A stretch of 63,772 nt of DNA, filler included, from Octopus bimaculoides (lineage: Eukaryota): assembly GCF_001194135.2 (NCBI RefSeq). It is 7 parts of 7 records of this genome, joined end to end, with 100 filler letters (N's around TTAATTAATTAA, not from the genome) between each part and the next. Parts side by side here need not be neighbours in the genome. Positions count along the whole stretch, not along the records: positions 49,529 to 57,995 come from NC_068998.1; positions 58,096 to 60,171 come from NC_068993.1; positions 60,272 to 63,772 come from NC_068999.1; 4 more parts are not named here. One strand, written 5' to 3'. A program made the translations under genes and the position numbers. Below are positions 49,862-63,772 of this stretch, piece after piece; the stretch's first letter is position 1; every line of letters starts with the position of its first letter. A model generated the notes under the pieces. It made no database searches. It saw only the letters and a list, made by a program, of their open reading frames with translations, and was not told where the DNA came from.

Positions 49862-52013
49862 TATATATAAAATTATTTTCTGAATGATTTAATACATCAA
49901 AAACTACTTGCAAAATCTTGCTGTTGCACTCAAAAACTAACTGACTGTTTCATGGAAAGGTTCATAGAATTGTACTGGAGCTTTGTACAGAAGTAATTGA
50001 TTTTCCTTTATCATAGTTAAATCAGAATTAGTTTCTTGATTGATGAAAGGATTGTGTTTCCTTTATCTTATTTCACTGATGTGTTGATAAAGTCAATGCT
50101 CTCAACTTGTCCCTCTAAGGAAAGCATTCATATCTGGTTTTATAAAATGGAAAAAAATTAGTGCATTGTGTAAAAAAAACCAATAAACTGGTATATGGAA
50201 TTATCAGCAAGGAATTACCTGTTATTTCCTTTTTTGCAAACACTTCAGAAGCCACAATTAGTAAATGCTACCAGAAATGCCACTTTTGAAGATTTAAATG
50301 TTTGACTTGTTACCTATTAGTAATGAGTCAGTCTGTTTGATATGTAAGATATTTTCCAAAAGTTATGGGAAGAAATTATTGGAATGAAATCTGATACTAC
50401 TCTAAAACTATTATTAAAATGTTTTTAATTTTCAAAGTGTTTCAAGTGAATTTGTACCTGCTTAACAGAACCCACATTATTCAAAGGTGGCAATACAAAT
50501 CCTGCTTCCATCTAGCTTAATATTAAAAATGCTTTTCTGTTTTAGCGAGTATGACACAAAATATGATACTCGATTAACATAACAAGATTTATTACAGGCT
50601 TTTATTTGTGAGTATTTTACTCACAGTTTATTTACGTATATAATACACCTACTTTTTCAATTTGTCCAAAACTACAGCAAAGAAAATAATGAGCATACAA
50701 ATTCTATTTTGTATCTTCATTAGTGGAGAATCAAGTATTTGGCAGTTTGAGAACTGCTGGTTTGGATTACTTAAAGATACTGGGAGCCGATTAATCGATC
50801 ATAAGGTTTTTGCTGTGGTAGCTAAGGTAATTAATCATGTGGCTGAAATTGTTCATTCATCACATAGTTTGGGTTCAAAACTAATAACATCACTAGTAAA
50901 GTAATCAGTGGCATCTAACTTTTATGTTAGGCAATCAAAAATCTGCTCTGATTTAGCCTACTTGAGTTGGTAGCAGGTATCAGTTTTGTTTCAGGGAGTT
51001 TAATAATGTAGTTAGAAGTTATGGCAGGACACCCACTCCTTTTGGCAGGCTATAATCTTTGTACACAGATTTAAAAATGGGGTGATGATGTTTTTTCTAC
51101 AACATATTAGATATTTGAACAATATGTTCAAATAAGTTTTGTTATTTGAGATACATCAACTGAAGTCAAAATAGAAGAATACCAAGTAATATAAAAAATT
51201 CATATACACATATATATGTATATATGTGTAATGTGTTTGCTTAAATGTTTTTATTTTTATATTTTTATGAAGTTCTTCCCATTTTAATATTGCATTTTCC
51301 ATTACTTAGATTTCAGATGGAAATTTACTTGCAATTTTCAGTAGATCAAGCAACTGCATAGAACATCTATTATTAATGACCTTAGAATTTTTGAGGGCCA
51401 TTCTTATATTGCAGAATATTTAATATTTAGCAAAGCTGATGATAATCATTTTTTCTTCTTGTAAATATTAATTAATAAATCCATTTGTAATAGACATGGC
51501 ATTTGCTAGTTGATGTATGGGGGAAAGAGAAAATGCTAGACAATTGAGTTTTGGAATTACATTGGTTTGGCAAAAGGGACTGATAGAATAAGTACTGGGC
51601 TTATGAAGAATAAGTCCTGGGGTTGATTTGTTTGACTAAAGGTGGTGCTCCAGCATGGCCACAATCAAATGACTGAAACAAGTTAAAGTAGAAAAGAATT
51701 AAGGAAGAAAAATCAGTCAAGGATTAGCTGAATGTTTCTTGATAGCTTGCTTTCTCTAAATTAATGGGATTAGATGTAGCAAGTATAAGATGAAATATAC
51801 ATTTAATTTTCATTTTATAAAAAATTCACATGAAATAAACAGATGCACATGCTGTTTTCCTACATTAAATCTTGAGCAAAATAAAATTATCGTTGTTGCT
51901 CAAAGTTTATAATGATGATGATGACAATGATGATGACACTGCCAGCTCTGCTACTGACTACAATGATGATGATAATGACAATTTTAACAATGCTCTAATG
52001 AAATGTAATTTCA

Positions 52014-52052
<39 letters not shown>

Positions 52053-54489
52053 AATCCTTCTCATCATAATCAGTTACTGTACATGTTTATGTTCTTTGCT
52101 GGCATTAGTTGGACAATATACACAACAAATAATGAAGGATTATCAATCTGAGCAAAATACTTCATAAGCTCGCTGATGGCAAACCAGTCTAACAGTAGTT
52201 CTTAGATTAGTGAAGAAGTCCAGGTAATCTTTTGGTAGGGTCCAAGGTTATGGTTCATCACAATTCTATATTGTAAGTCTGTGGATGGGCTTCAGACAAA
52301 CTGGTTTTATAAGAGACATATTAAAAATAATGGTCATTACATTCTCTATTGGAACTTACAGCAAATTTGGAAACAGTTATAAGTCAAGGAAAAGTATGTA
52401 ATAACCATTATTTTCAGCTTGTTTCGTGTACATATACATATATACATACATCCTTATCTATCAGTTTATTTATTTATTTATCTATCACTATATATATGTA
52501 TGTAAATGTGTGTGTGTACATGTGTGTGTGTGTCTGTATATGTGTGTATGTATATATGTATATATGTATATATGTATATATGTGCGTATATATATATATA
52601 TAAATATATATACACACACATATACAACAGGGAAGGGTGGGTATATGTATATTTAGATATACATTTATACATGTTTACATAGATACACACATATATGTAT
52701 ACACTTACATACATACAAGTTTATAGTTTGTTAAATTGCCGAGCAGTTGTGGACAAAAATAATACAAAATTATAAATCCTCTTGTTTTCAGTGGTCAATA
52801 TTTATGTTATTGCTGTTGCTGTTCCTGTTATTGTTGTCATTGTTATTGTTATTGTTGTTAATCTCGTATATCTCCAAAATCTTATACAATTACAATTTTT
52901 TGCAAGATTTCAGACTCTCTTGAGGAATATTCTTGGGCCACATGATTAGAGCCAAGGTTGTTTTTATTATGGCCAGTAACTGCAATACAGAGAAGTCTTA
53001 ATTCTTCACACTATTTGATACGGTTACAGATAACGATAAATGGAACTGTTAAGAACCAATAAATGAAGATTTATGACATTCCTGGATACTTTGCATTGAA
53101 TTTCTCACTATTGACTTTTGATGTTTTTTTAAAACTGAGATAGGATTGCACTTATTATTTAATAACAGAACTAAGAAGGAAAAGTAATAAAAGAAGCTAT
53201 GTAAAGTCAGAATAAAGATTTTTCTTTTTATTCTCTCAATATATCCAATGCTCATTTAAAAAATTGCATAATATCTTCTCTAGTAATCTATTTAAAACAG
53301 TCTTTTCAAAAGTTTCATTCCTACAGTATCTTGTGTTTATATTTACTATTATTATTTATCCCTTGGGTGGAGAATCTATTCTAGGTGTAAACATCCCCTC
53401 TTTTATACAAGTATAGTGAATTTATGACTGCGTTCTATTACAGTTAAAGATATGATTTGAAGGAAGTTTGGCTGCTATTTCTAGCAAGTCTTGCTATTTT
53501 GAAGAAATTCCTTTGTTTGTTTTAGAAGTGCTGAACAGACAGAACATGAGGAGTTTACCTGAGTGGATTTGGACAGGCCAATTGATAGTTTACTGATAGG
53601 TGACAATGAACAGATGAACAGTCCATGTGTTATTAACTGTAGAACAAATATTAAGGGATTTGTTGATAAAGCACCAGTAGTTTTTGTCTTCTTGCTGATA
53701 ATTTATGCTCTTCTCTCATTATGCACCCACCAAAGGTATATGCTTCCATACATCCATACCAATACACCTTATCTTGGCAGGAACTGAACCTCTCCAGAGT
53801 TGGACCTGTGAAAATTTGAACCCAGTACCCTTTAACATGGTTAGTGGATGTGTAGCAACATTGTAAGGTTTACAAAAGTGCCTAAGTGTTTTCTTATTCA
53901 GGGCATAGCAACCTTTCTAGTACTAGTATCATGAAAATATGTACTTTGTATATTCTGTAAAGTAAATGGCAACAGGAAGGGGTATCAAGCTGTACATACT
54001 ATGCCAAATAAAATTAAACAAAACAAGTGTGGCCCTGAACACATCTAAAAAGACAGTAACTAAAACAAGAACTGACTCAGACTGACACAGTCTACAGAAA
54101 TTGTGCCATACATAGAAAGATGTAAAATGGGTGGTAGAGCTTTTCAGTTCAAAAAGGTGACCAAAGTTGTTGTTGGAAAGATGGTACATTATATAGTGGG
54201 CTTCTACCAGTTCAGCTGCTAGATGTCAGAGCTTTAATGCCCAGGGATGGAAAATGTTCATGATATAGTAAATGGCTGACAGAGGGTATTTGTCTGGGTG
54301 TACAGCTCTGAATGACTTCCTGTTGATCAATATTCTGAACAAGATGTACATTCTAGATTAGAGATGCAAACTGTAAATGTGGACATATTAATTACTCTAT
54401 ACAGCTTTAAATAGAGAACCAACGGACAGTTGACAAAGGTTTTAGTGAGTGATGCTATGACATCTTTGGTCACTTTTAATAGTTTTAAT

Positions 54490-54700
54490 TATGTAGTTCA
54501 GCCACCACAGATCACAGAATGCATTGTGAGTTGTCTGCTAGCAATCCATTGCTGCATTGTGTTCAAATTGGGTTGCAGAAAAGATCTGTAGCATACAGGC
54601 TCCATTCTTCTTATCTCAATATAGATCTTAATGCCATCTATGTATTTGAACACAGCATTATGGTTTAATTTGGCATTTATTTCATTAATATAGGCTTCTA
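54490..54700 (-). mobile_element. LINE RT fragment (CR1/Jockey-like), interrupted by microsatellite and gap
   Basis: Decayed GVPQGSxLGP and YADD motifs (GVSQGSALGLLL...KYIDGIKIY). Confidence 0.7.
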
Positions 54701-56989
54701 ACAACAGGAGGCCAAGAGCAGAACCCTGTGAGACACCAGATTTGATCAAATATGGTGGGGAATGTTGTCCCAGAACCATAACTATATGCATATATATTTA
54801 TGTGTGCGTATATGCATGTATGCCTATATGTGTATTTATATCTATCTTTCTCTATACATACAAATATGTGTGTCTTTGTATGTATATATANNNNNNNNNN
54901 NNNNNNNNNNNNNNNNNNNNNNNNNNNNNNNNNNNNNNNNNNNNNNNNNNNNNNNNNNNNNNNNNNNNNNNNNNNNNNNNNNNNNNNNNNNNNNNNNNNN
55001 NNNNNNNNNNNNNNNNNNNNNNNNNNNNNNNNNNNNATATATATATATATACATATATATATGTTCACATACACACACATATACAGACAATATTTTCATA
55101 TGTTGAAAATCTTATCAGAAACAGAAATTCAAAAATGTATACTAAAAGAAGTAACAAAATCTATAATCAATTTTTATTTGTGTTACTTCTCTTGTTACTG
55201 CTTCAATAATGATAAAAATTCGATAATATATTGATGCTTTAAAAATGTTGTAATAGTTAAAATTGTTAAAATTTTACAATGTTGCCCAAAGCCAGTGAAT
55301 AAAGATTTATACTAAAAGCAGTATTAAGTGTAACAAGAGATATTATGAAAGCCCTTTCTTGCATTTTGCTCCTCTCTCACTTCTAATTTTTCAAATTTAT
55401 AATGAACATCAATAAATACTAAATTGTTAATTCCTAAAGAAACACACAAAATCCTCTCTATGTTTTGGATTTGAACTGACCTATGCAACATGACATAATG
55501 TAAGCATGCAGTTTTTGCCAACTGCATCAGGCATAGTGCAACACTACTTCATCTTTTGCCACTCTAGATCATGGGTGGGGGAACTTCTTATATTTAACAC
55601 TCACATTGAGATTCAAGTGGCTACATTAACAAAATGTTATTAAATACATGGAAAGATGTAATTAGATTTGTTGTGAAAATATAATTTTAGTAACAATAAT
55701 TTAAAACATACCAAGATATAAAAATAAGAAATAAAAATATAGAGAAATGAAATTTCTGTACATCTATTCATGACCTTGAAAAAGTTAACTTTCACAGAAA
55801 TTCAATAATAATATAATTGACCATGAACTATACCAGTGAAATATAAAGGTACTGAAACACTTCCACAGATGATGGAAAAATGACACAAAGTAGAAAATTA
55901 AATTTTAGATTTAAACTTTCATTTTATGCAGATGTTATGAGGAAGAAACTCCTTTTCATAAACAAAATATAGGATACTAAACTTCAACTGAATGTGAACT
56001 TTCACCCTCTACTTTACATCATTATCATTGTTTTAACATCCACTTTTCTATGCTTCCATGGTTTAAACAGAGTTTATTGAGGCAAATTTTCTACAAATGG
56101 ATACCCTTCATGTTGCCAATCGTTACCTGCTTCCAAGCGAGGTAATATTTTCCCATGGCCAGACATGTTTTTGCAGAATGCTGAAAATGAATGATATTCA
56201 TTTACAATGATCAGGCAATGTCAAGGAATAGAGACACAAACATATATATATATATATATGTATTTACAAATACACAAACACACACGCACACACAAGGTGG
56301 CNNNNNNNNNNNNNNNNNNNNNNNNNNNNNNNNNNNNNNNNNNNNNNNNNNNNNNNNNNNNNNNNNNNNNNNNNNNNNNNNNNNNNNNNNNNNNNNNNNN
56401 NNNNNNNNNNNNNNNNNNNNNNNNNNNNNNNNNNNNNNNNNNNNNNNNNNNNNNNNNNNNNNNNNNNNNNNNNNNNNNNNNNNNNNNNNNNNNNNNNNNN
56501 NNNNNNNNNNNNNNNNNNNNNNNNNNNNNNNNNNNNNNNNNNNNNNNNNNNNNNNNNNNNNNNNNNNNNNNNNNNNNNNNNNNNNNNNNNNNNNNNNNNN
56601 NNNNNNNNNNNNNNNNNNNNNNNNNNNNNNNNNNNNNNNNNNNNNNNNNNNNNNNNNNNNNNNNNNNNNNNNNNNNNNNNNNNNNNNNNNNNNNNNNNNN
56701 NNNNNNNNNNNNNNNNNNNNNNNNNNNNNNNNNNNNNNNNNNNNNNNNNNNNNNNNNNNNNNNNNNNNNNNNNNNNNNNNNNNNNNNNNNNNNNNNNNNN
56801 NNNNNNNNNNNNNNNNNNNNNNNNNNNNNNNNNNNNNNNNNNNNNNNNNNNNNNNNNNNNNNNNNNNNNNNNNNNNNNNNNNNNNNNNNNNNNNNNNNNN
56901 NNNNNNNNNNNNNNNNNNNNNNNNNNNNNNNNNNNNNNNNNNNNNNNNNNNNNNNNNNNNNNNNNNNNNNNNNTATATATATATATATG

Positions 56990-57945
56990 GCATGGGTTAG
57001 ATGATTTGACTGAAACTGGTAAGCTGGAGAGCTGCACCAAGGTTCCAATCTGATTTGACATGGTTTCTATGGCTGGATGCCCTTCCTAACACCAGCCACT
57101 CCAAGAGTGTAATGGGTGCTTTTTACATGCCAGTAAGATGACAACGGCATCAGCCATGACAATGGTTTCACTTGGCTTGATGGGTCTTCTCAAGTACAGC
57201 TTATCATCAAAGGTCTTGATCATTTGTCATTGCTTCCATGAGGCTCAATGTTTGCAGATTATGCTCCACCACCTCATCCCATGTCTTCTTGGGTCTACCT
57301 CTTCTACAGGTTCCCTCCACAGTTAGAGATCAGCACTTCTTTACATAGGTGCTCACGTCCATATGCATCACATGTCTATCTTGCACACTGCATCTGATGC
57401 CTCTTATGCCCAGCTTTTTGCTCAAGATGCTAACACTCTGTCTTACATGCGCACTCACATTGCACATCCAGCGAAGCATACTAGCTTAATTTCTTTCAAG
57501 CCAACACATGTACTTGGTGGTCACAGTCCATGTTTCACTGTTGTGTAGCATGGTTGTTCACACACAAGCATCATACAGTCTGCCTTTCACTCTGAAGGAG
57601 AGGCCCTTAGTTACCAACAGAGGTAGAAGTTATCTGAACTTTACCCAGCCTATTCTTATTCTCACGGCTATGCCCTTGCAGTATCCACCTCTGCAACTAA
57701 CTTGGTCACCTAGATAATGGAAACTACCAACTACTTCTAGCTTTCCCTGCTGGCATTTGATGTAGTCTATATTCTTTACATTTTCAGTGTTTACTGTACA
57801 TGTGCACCTTCCACACACAAAAACTATTTTCCCTGTTAACATTCCTCTGATATTGCTGTGCCTCTTATGTATCCATAGCTTACACCAGGTACAGGTACAT
57901 TGTATGGAGTTTCTACCTATGCCTTTTCTACAGATCAAGCAGGAT
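56990..57945 (-). mobile_element. RTE-clade LINE fragment with a PHD-like finger inserted in the RT C-terminus
   Basis: CRKGIGRNSIQC..CKLWIHKR...CGRC...VVGSFHYLGDQV...RIRIGWVKFR (Cys/His finger followed by the F-x-YLG thumb motif). Confidence 0.75.
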
Positions 57946-58261
57946 CATCTACCTGAAAGGATTTGTGTTATATATATATATATATATATATATATNNNNN
58001 NNNNNNNNNNNNNNNNNNNNNNNNNNNNNNNNNNNNNNNTTAATTAATTAANNNNNNNNNNNNNNNNNNNNNNNNNNNNNNNNNNNNNNNNNNNNCACAG
58101 CAGGTTTTGTACTCAGGGCAAAACTAAAGCATCAAGATCATTTTTTTTTTCCCCTCTATTATTTTTCTTTTTTGCAATGCTGTTAGGATTCTGCCAGCCC
58201 ATCTTTGGTAGCATTTAAGTTTGGCAATAATACACGTGGTTTCATGAGAGTCTTCTTAGGT

Positions 58262-58535
58262 AGTAGAGTCTAAAGGTAAAGGCGAAGTTACCTTCTCGAG
58301 TCATGCTGACTCATAAGGGTCAGTTTCCCAGTTTCTGTGGTGTATAAATTCCCCACCTGGACAGAACGCCAGTCCATCACAGGATTACTCGTTTTTGCCA
58401 GCTGAGTGGACTGGAGCAATGTGAAATGAAGTGCTTTGCTCAAAAACACAACGCATCGCTCAATCCAAGAATCGAAACCACAATCTTAAGATCATGAGTC
58501 CAACACTCTAACCGCTAAGGCTTGCACCTCCACTT
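58262..58535 (-). mobile_element. tRNA-derived SINE
   Basis: Homologous to 19304-19564. Confidence 0.75.
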
Positions 58536-58547
58536 ATGGTGTGTTTA

Positions 58548-59070
58548 CATGACTCTGATACCATAGGGCTAATATAGTCCTCTTATGTGGTGTGTGTGTA
58601 TATAGCTTACACACTACAGGGCTACCATACATAGTCCACTTATATAGCATGTACATAGCTTTGACTCTGCAGGACTACCATAGTTCAACTATGTAGTGTG
58701 TAATTAGCATCAACACCACTAAGCTACCATACTGCTCTTAGGTAGTGTCTACATTACTTTGACACTACTGGGCTTCCTTAGTCCTTTTGCATAGTATTTA
58801 GCTTTGACACTACAAAGCTACCATAGTTGTCTTGCATTGTGCATGTTTGTCTTTGATGCTACAGGTTTACCATAATCCTTTTATGTAGCATATACTCTGA
58901 CACCATCAGGCTACCATAGTACTCTTGACACTACAAGGCTATTGTAGTCCTCTTATGTAGTTTGTACATAGCATTGATACTATTGTGCTACCATAGTCTT
59001 CGTATGTATTGTGTATATCTTTGACACTACAGGCCCACCATAGTCCTCTTGCATTGTCTGTACTTAGCTT
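58548..59070. repeat. Diverged minisatellite, unit about 48 bp, about 11 copies
   Basis: Recurring CTTTGACACTACAGGCTACCATAGTCCTCTTATGTAGTGTGTACATAG-like unit. Confidence 0.8.
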
Positions 59071-59524
59071 TAAAGTTACTTCCAAAATTAACAAGTATAT
59101 CAAATATGCAACCTATGCCGTAACGAGTGTCGTCATCATCACCATCCTCATATGTCCTCCTCTTCTGCTAGCATGGGTTGGACAGTTTGTCAGGAACTGG
59201 CCAGTCGAGAGCCTGGCCATGCTTCTGAGTTTGTTTTGGCCTGGTTTTATGACTGGATGTCTTTCCTAACACCAACCACTCTGCAAGTATGATAATGTAT
59301 GTGTGTGCCTGTGCCAGTGTGTATTTGTGTGACTATGCTAAAAGAGTGTATTTTCAGTCTAAAATGGCAAAGCAAGGGAAATAACTCCAATCAGCTAAAA
59401 TAATTGAAATTTTTTTTTAATAAACAACTGCGTGTGGATCTCATCATAAAAGCCAGTTAGTGAAAGCAACAGTCATGCTTCAACCGTTTTTAGACTTCCT
59501 TAGTGAAAGCATATATACTTCTTA

Positions 59525-59945
59525 GTTGTTGGTGGAGTGGTTAAGATATTTACTTCCCAGCCATGTGGTTTCAGATCCAATGTTACTGTGTGGCTCCTCA
59601 GGCAAGTTTCTTCTATTTTAGCCCTTGACAAATCCAAGCCTTGTGAGAGGATTTGGTCAATAGAAACTAAATGAAGTCATCATGTGTGTGTGTGGAACGG
59701 CATGTTTGTGTCTTGTCTTGACATTGTGATGGTTGTGAACAGGTACCACCATTATGCAAGCAGTACCATTCAATTCCAGTCTTCTGTGGAGACGTGTCAG
59801 AGCCTTGAGTTAGTATTATCTTGCATGGAAGCAGGTAAGGGTTGGTGACAGGAAGGGCATCTGGCCATAGAAGACCTGCCTCAAGAAATTCCATTCAGCT
59901 CATTTGCAAGCGTAGGAAAGTGAACATTAAAGCAAGATGATGATA
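59525..59945 (+). mobile_element. Decayed SINE with internal (TG)n and GAT tail
   Basis: Head and body similar to 36257-36450; ends in GATGATGAT. Confidence 0.65.
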
Positions 59946-60535
59946 ATGAGGAGAAGGAGAATATAAAACTATTGAAAATTGTCGAATGGAAAAAGCAGCG
60001 CTCAGTACATGTTGAAACCAAATACACTCACCTGAAGATTGCACTGATGTGAAACTCAAGTCATGAGATAAACGTACACCCACACACTTATATATTTATA
60101 GATATATGCACATATGTATATAGATGTACATGTGTGTGTATGTGTATGTATATATATATATATATATATATNNNNNNNNNNNNNNNNNNNNNNNNNNNNN
60201 NNNNNNNNNNNNNNNTTAATTAATTAANNNNNNNNNNNNNNNNNNNNNNNNNNNNNNNNNNNNNNNNNNNNTATATATATATATATATATATATATATTG
60301 CATACAGAGCTAGCTAAAAATGTGCGTGAGAGTGTGCGCACTCACTTAGGTGTGTATTCGCGTGTGTGAGAGTGTGTGTGCGGTGAAGGGGTGCCAACAT
60401 ATATATGATACGTATGTGTGTAGAGAGACAGAAACACACACGCACACACACACACACACACCCAAACACACACATATCTGTATATGTATATTATAATCAT
60501 CATTTAGCGTCTGTCTTCTAAGCTGGCATGGGTTA

Positions 60536-60566
<31 letters not shown>

Positions 60567-60703
60567 CGTATATAAGTATATGTGTATATATATATATATG
60601 TGTGTGTATGTATGTGTGTATGAATACATGCATGTGTGTATGTATGAGTGAAAATACACAGACAAACAAGCACAACACAGACACACACACACACACACAC
60701 GCC

Positions 60704-60745
<42 letters not shown>

Positions 60746-60783
60746 TAGATAGATAGATAGATAGATAGATGGATAGATAGATC

Positions 60784-60837
<54 letters not shown>

Positions 60838-61709
60838 CAGGTTGGTATACATACATGTAGAAATATAAATATATATACTATGTGCCTGTAAGCCTCAATA
60901 GACATTTACACAGATATACAAAGAAGACTTTCCAATAATAAATTAAAGATGTACTTAATATATCAATATATGTGCTTTTAATATAATATTAATCAGCAAG
61001 AATTTTATATAAGTGACTTACTATCCAAGAGTTGCGATTATGATACAATTTCCGAGAAAATGTCCCAACCTTAAATATATATATATGTGTGTGTGTGAGT
61101 GTATGTGTGTGTTTCTGAGTGTTCGAATACCTAGCTGTGAGAGAAATATCAATATGTAAACACCTTTCATGCCTTTGATATGCGGTAAAACTTAAGAGGA
61201 ATCTATTGACAGAGCATTGAAATATTTTGGACTAGTCCTCAGGGATAACTTACTCAGATTGCTGCGGCAAATTATGGGCCCACAACCTGTCTTTTATCTG
61301 CGCATCACAAACATAGGGGATATGTGTTTAAATTGTTATCTTTCTCATATATATAGTCTTTCTAATAGTTATGCATAAGTTCTTTTGGCGCCTTGTTATG
61401 TGATTATATATACATGTATATATGTGCATGTTTGTACACACACATGCAGACACATATCTCCGTATATAATGTGCATACCTGTGTATATTAGTGTATTTTT
61501 GTGTATATGTGTATGCTGAGGTACGACTATCATTATTACACATGAGCGCAACTTTATGAATGTGATTATATAAAGTTGTATGTTATGTTATGCCATGACT
61601 ATATTCATAGGCATATACAACGCTCATTTTAGTAATAATACTATCTTACACACATACATATGCGCACGCACAGAAGTTTAGATATTTTTATATACACATT
61701 AAAATATGT

Positions 61710-61758
<49 letters not shown>

Positions 61759-61829
61759 NNNNNNNNNNNNNNNNNNNNNNNNNNNNNNNNNNNNNNNNNN
61801 NNNNNNNNNNNNNNNNNNNNNNNNNNNNN

Positions 61830-61881
<52 letters not shown>

Positions 61882-62955
61882 CCCAAATCACGTCGAGACA
61901 CATACCGATTATTCTATTACTTAATTATTTTAAGCCAATTAGAAACAATGCATTTGAGATCATATAAGGAATTACACATATTAAATATGCATAAGCTATG
62001 GTGAATCATATCAAATATGGTAGTCGAGTAACTACTATCGACCGGGATTAGTTAAGCCTTTGGTTGATAATATCCTCGTCTTGCCAAAATGCTTGGCAGC
62101 ATTTCGTCTGTCTATACGTTCTGAATTCAAATGCCGCTGAGATGAACTTTGCCTTTAAGGCCGCGATCTGGCAGAACTGTTAGCTCACCTTGCAAAATAC
62201 TTAGCCTCATTTTGTCTGTTTTTACGTACCGTGTTCAAGTCCCATGGAGATCGATTTGCTTTTATCTTTCAGGATCGTTACTATAAGCCCCATCTGAGTA
62301 CTGGGGCCGAAGATATCGAATTATCCACTCACCCGAAATTGCTGTCCTTGTGCCAAACTTTCAAACCATTATCTCACTCTTGTAGTTTTGAAAAGATAAC
62401 ACCTGCATGCAACGGTATTGAATTCAGATAATATCAGATGATTTGCACCCTTCCTCGATTTAAACAAATTTTGATTTGAGGGCATCATATTGTTGTTCCT
62501 AGCAAGCAAAATCGTCAGAACATCTCCAGGTTTTTTTTTCTCTTCCAGAACAGATAAATGAAAATCTGATTTGAAGACGTTTTTTCCTGTAATCTCCTCT
62601 GTCACCATTGACAAATTTCAGGCAGGATTATTACTATGTGTTATATCTTATACTAGAATAAAGAAATAAAATCGGTCACATTTATTATGATTTAATGCCC
62701 TTTCCTAAAAATCATCAGGGCAATAGAAAGTTTGCATATTGTATTACTATGCATCTACAAACTATGGAAATAAGATATTGTCTGATAAATATTCAGGTTA
62801 GTAACTCTGAGCAAGGTCTATGATGAAGCACATTCAAACTGTGACTTAACCACTGTTTTGTTTCAAATATAATTTATGTGCAGTCATAAAATATCGAGTG
62901 TGCCTTGTCATTCATAATACAATTGATTATAATTTAAATGTGATATTTTATATAT

Positions 62956-63241
62956 ACAATTGCAGCGTGGAAGGTGTTTATAAGCCATTTAAAATAACAC
63001 GCAAAAGCTGTCAGATTCACTTCAACATTTAAATTTAATTTGTCAAAATATTTTCGTCGCTTTCAGACCGCGACCTATTCACTGACAAAATTGTGCTGCA
63101 TCTCAATTTTGTCAGTGAATAGGTCGCGGTCTGAAAGCGACGAAAATAATTTGACAAATTAAATTTAAATGTTGAAGTGAATCTGACGGCTTTTGCGTGT
63201 TATTTTAAATGGCTTATAAACACCTTCCACGCTACAATTGT
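62956..63241. mobile_element. Palindromic MITE-like element: 138-bp arms, 10-nt loop
   Basis: 62956-63093 is the reverse complement of 63104-63241 with 3 mismatches counted. Confidence 0.9.
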
Positions 63242-63772
63242 TTTCGTTCCAGCACACGATCTCAGATCAGGTCACTTGCTATGCAAGTACATCTCCGTAA
63301 TTTTATATATATTTTTCTAAAAAATGATCGAGATGCTGCTAAGTTTCTTCCACAGTTTTCTAGCGATTCAGTAAAGAATTAAAGTACGTGGAAATATAAT
63401 AAGACGACATTTACTATTAAATAAAAAATGGACAGGCGATGAAAGCCCGCTTAACTCTTATCTGCCGCCTGAATTCCATGAGTTATAAAGGTTGAATTTA
63501 ATCGACCGTGAAACACACTGCCAAAATATTTCTAGGATATTGTTGACGTAGTTAAATATCTCAATGTAGGTCAACATAAGCAAAATAGATTACGCACATA
63601 CACTCGTGCACATACCCACACACTCGTATATAATTGTGCAAGGGTGGTTGAACAGGTATCTCTCACTATATATATATTTATATGCATTTACGTGCGTGTG
63701 TTTGATTTTTATTATAAATGCATGTTATGCATGTGTACATAAACACAGGCACATGCATATACATACATATAT

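Noticed and set aside
58548-59070. CRISPR-like array
   Set aside because: Eukaryotic context, the 'spacers' are mutually homologous, the repeats are not identical, and no cas genes are present.
63113-63150. Hammerhead call inside the large hairpin
   Set aside because: Stem II and GAAA are present but the CUGANGA core is not (CAGTGAATAG); mentioned only as a resemblance.

Overview
AT-rich animal genomic DNA with many N gaps, microsatellites and tRNA-derived SINEs. The repeat content is consistent with an octopus-type (coleoid cephalopod) draft assembly; this is an inference. Most ORF-track entries are microsatellite or N artefacts. Walking splice sites by hand gives three genic items. (1) A + strand gene for a signal-peptide, two-Ig-domain protein (exons 1390-1438, 4982-5305, 6096-6398, 7923-7958; last exon uncertain). 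(2) A convergent - strand cytoplasmic-type intermediate filament gene with the long coil 1b (exons 31471-31014, 25881-25695, 24328-24233, 23465-23301, 21989-21870); its conserved coil-2 end exon is not visible. (3) One orphan 72-nt leucine-rich-repeat exon (35999-36070). The rest is mobile DNA: mariner, pogo-like, Chapaev3-like, MITEs, a Helitron end, Penelope-like, RTE, CR1/Jockey-like RT, RLE-type LINE tails, an ORF1-only L1/Tx1-like element and SINEs. The strongest candidate for something undescribed is a GC-rich rod-folding small element family. Its copy at 3920-4136 has a near-canonical minimal hammerhead ribozyme at its centre, and a relative at 49096-49302 shares the arms but has a different core. 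Also notable are a ~700-bp-arm inverted duplication next to the LRR exon, a 138-bp-arm hairpin, further hammerhead remnants, and SINE target-site duplications that copy transcription-factor motifs.
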